Origin: Kofleriaceae bacterium
GTDB taxonomy: Bacteria; Myxococcota_A; Polyangia; Haliangiales; Haliangiaceae
Direction of reading: 5' to 3'
Length of the DNA stretch: 64,000 nt
Assembly: GCA_046597055.1 (NCBI GenBank)
Contig: JBKJLC010000058.1
Coordinates: forward strand, 1-64,000
Below the pieces are notes generated by a model that made no database searches, was not told where the DNA came from, and saw nothing but the letters and a program-made list of their open reading frames with translations. The translations under genes and the position numbers were made by a program. Below are positions 63,699-64,000 of this stretch, one piece after another (position 1 is the first letter of the stretch; each line of letters starts with the position of its first letter).

Positions 63699-64000
63699 TC
63701 AGCTGGCGTCGAGCACCTCGCGGATCCGCCGCAGGAGCCCCTCGGGCGTGAGCGGCTTGCGCAGGAACGCGATGCCGGCCTCGAGCACGCCGTGGCTCAC
63801 GATCGAGTCCTCGGTGTAGCCGGACATGAAGATCACCCGCATCGCCGGCCGGATCGGCGCGAGCCGCTCGGCCAGCTTGCGACCGCTCATGCGCGGCATG
63901 ACCACGTCGGTGAGCAGCAGCTCGATCGCGCCGTCGTGCTGCTCGCAGATCAAGAGCGCCTCGCCGGCGTTCTGCGCCTCGAGCACGCGGTAGCCGCCGC
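63699..64000 (-). CDS. C-terminal receiver domain, probably of a hybrid sensor kinase (5' end outside the window)
   Basis: GYRVLEA...[13 protein letters not shown]...VIFMSGY...FLRKP; frame is open to the window edge. Confidence 0.9.
   Translation of the reverse strand, partial: GGYRVLEAQNAGEALLICEQHDGAIELLLTDVVMPRMSGRKLAERLAPIRPAMRVIFMSGYTEDSIVSHGVLEAGIAFLRKPLTPEGLLRRIREVLDAS

Overview
A very GC-rich, gene-dense chromosomal window, most consistent with a myxobacterium (Myxococcota). The inference rests on tandem GltA/GltB-like outer-membrane barrels, eukaryote-like Ser/Thr kinases, a roadblock protein, an MshEN-like protein and many lipoproteins. Most genes are housekeeping or envelope genes: rpsA (partial), cmk, a DUF4350-MoxR-DUF58 operon, an MFS transporter, smc, ftsY, TamB/TamA(BamA)-like pair, thioesterase, YgfZ-like protein, modBC, hbd/thiolase, cysteine desulfurase, two kinases, PPTase, aroA, hisC, dsbD, gcvP, aspartokinase, TerC and a partial receiver domain. 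I saw no rRNA, tRNA, CRISPR array, transposase, integrase or phage gene. The most unusual signals are: (1) a ~430-bp composite inverted-repeat element at 31.8-32.2 kb, with a local loss of G-ending codons in both flanking genes; (2) a REPIN-like inverted repeat at 52.55-52.69 kb; (3) repeated -10 or sigma54-like motifs placed so that mRNAs would be leaderless; (4) a 48-aa very basic ORF with its own promoter and RBS; (5) a lipoprotein with two apparently dead retropepsin-like domains; (6) non-RD kinase paralogues; and (7) large insertions in SMC. All family assignments come from motif recognition by eye; no database searches were run.
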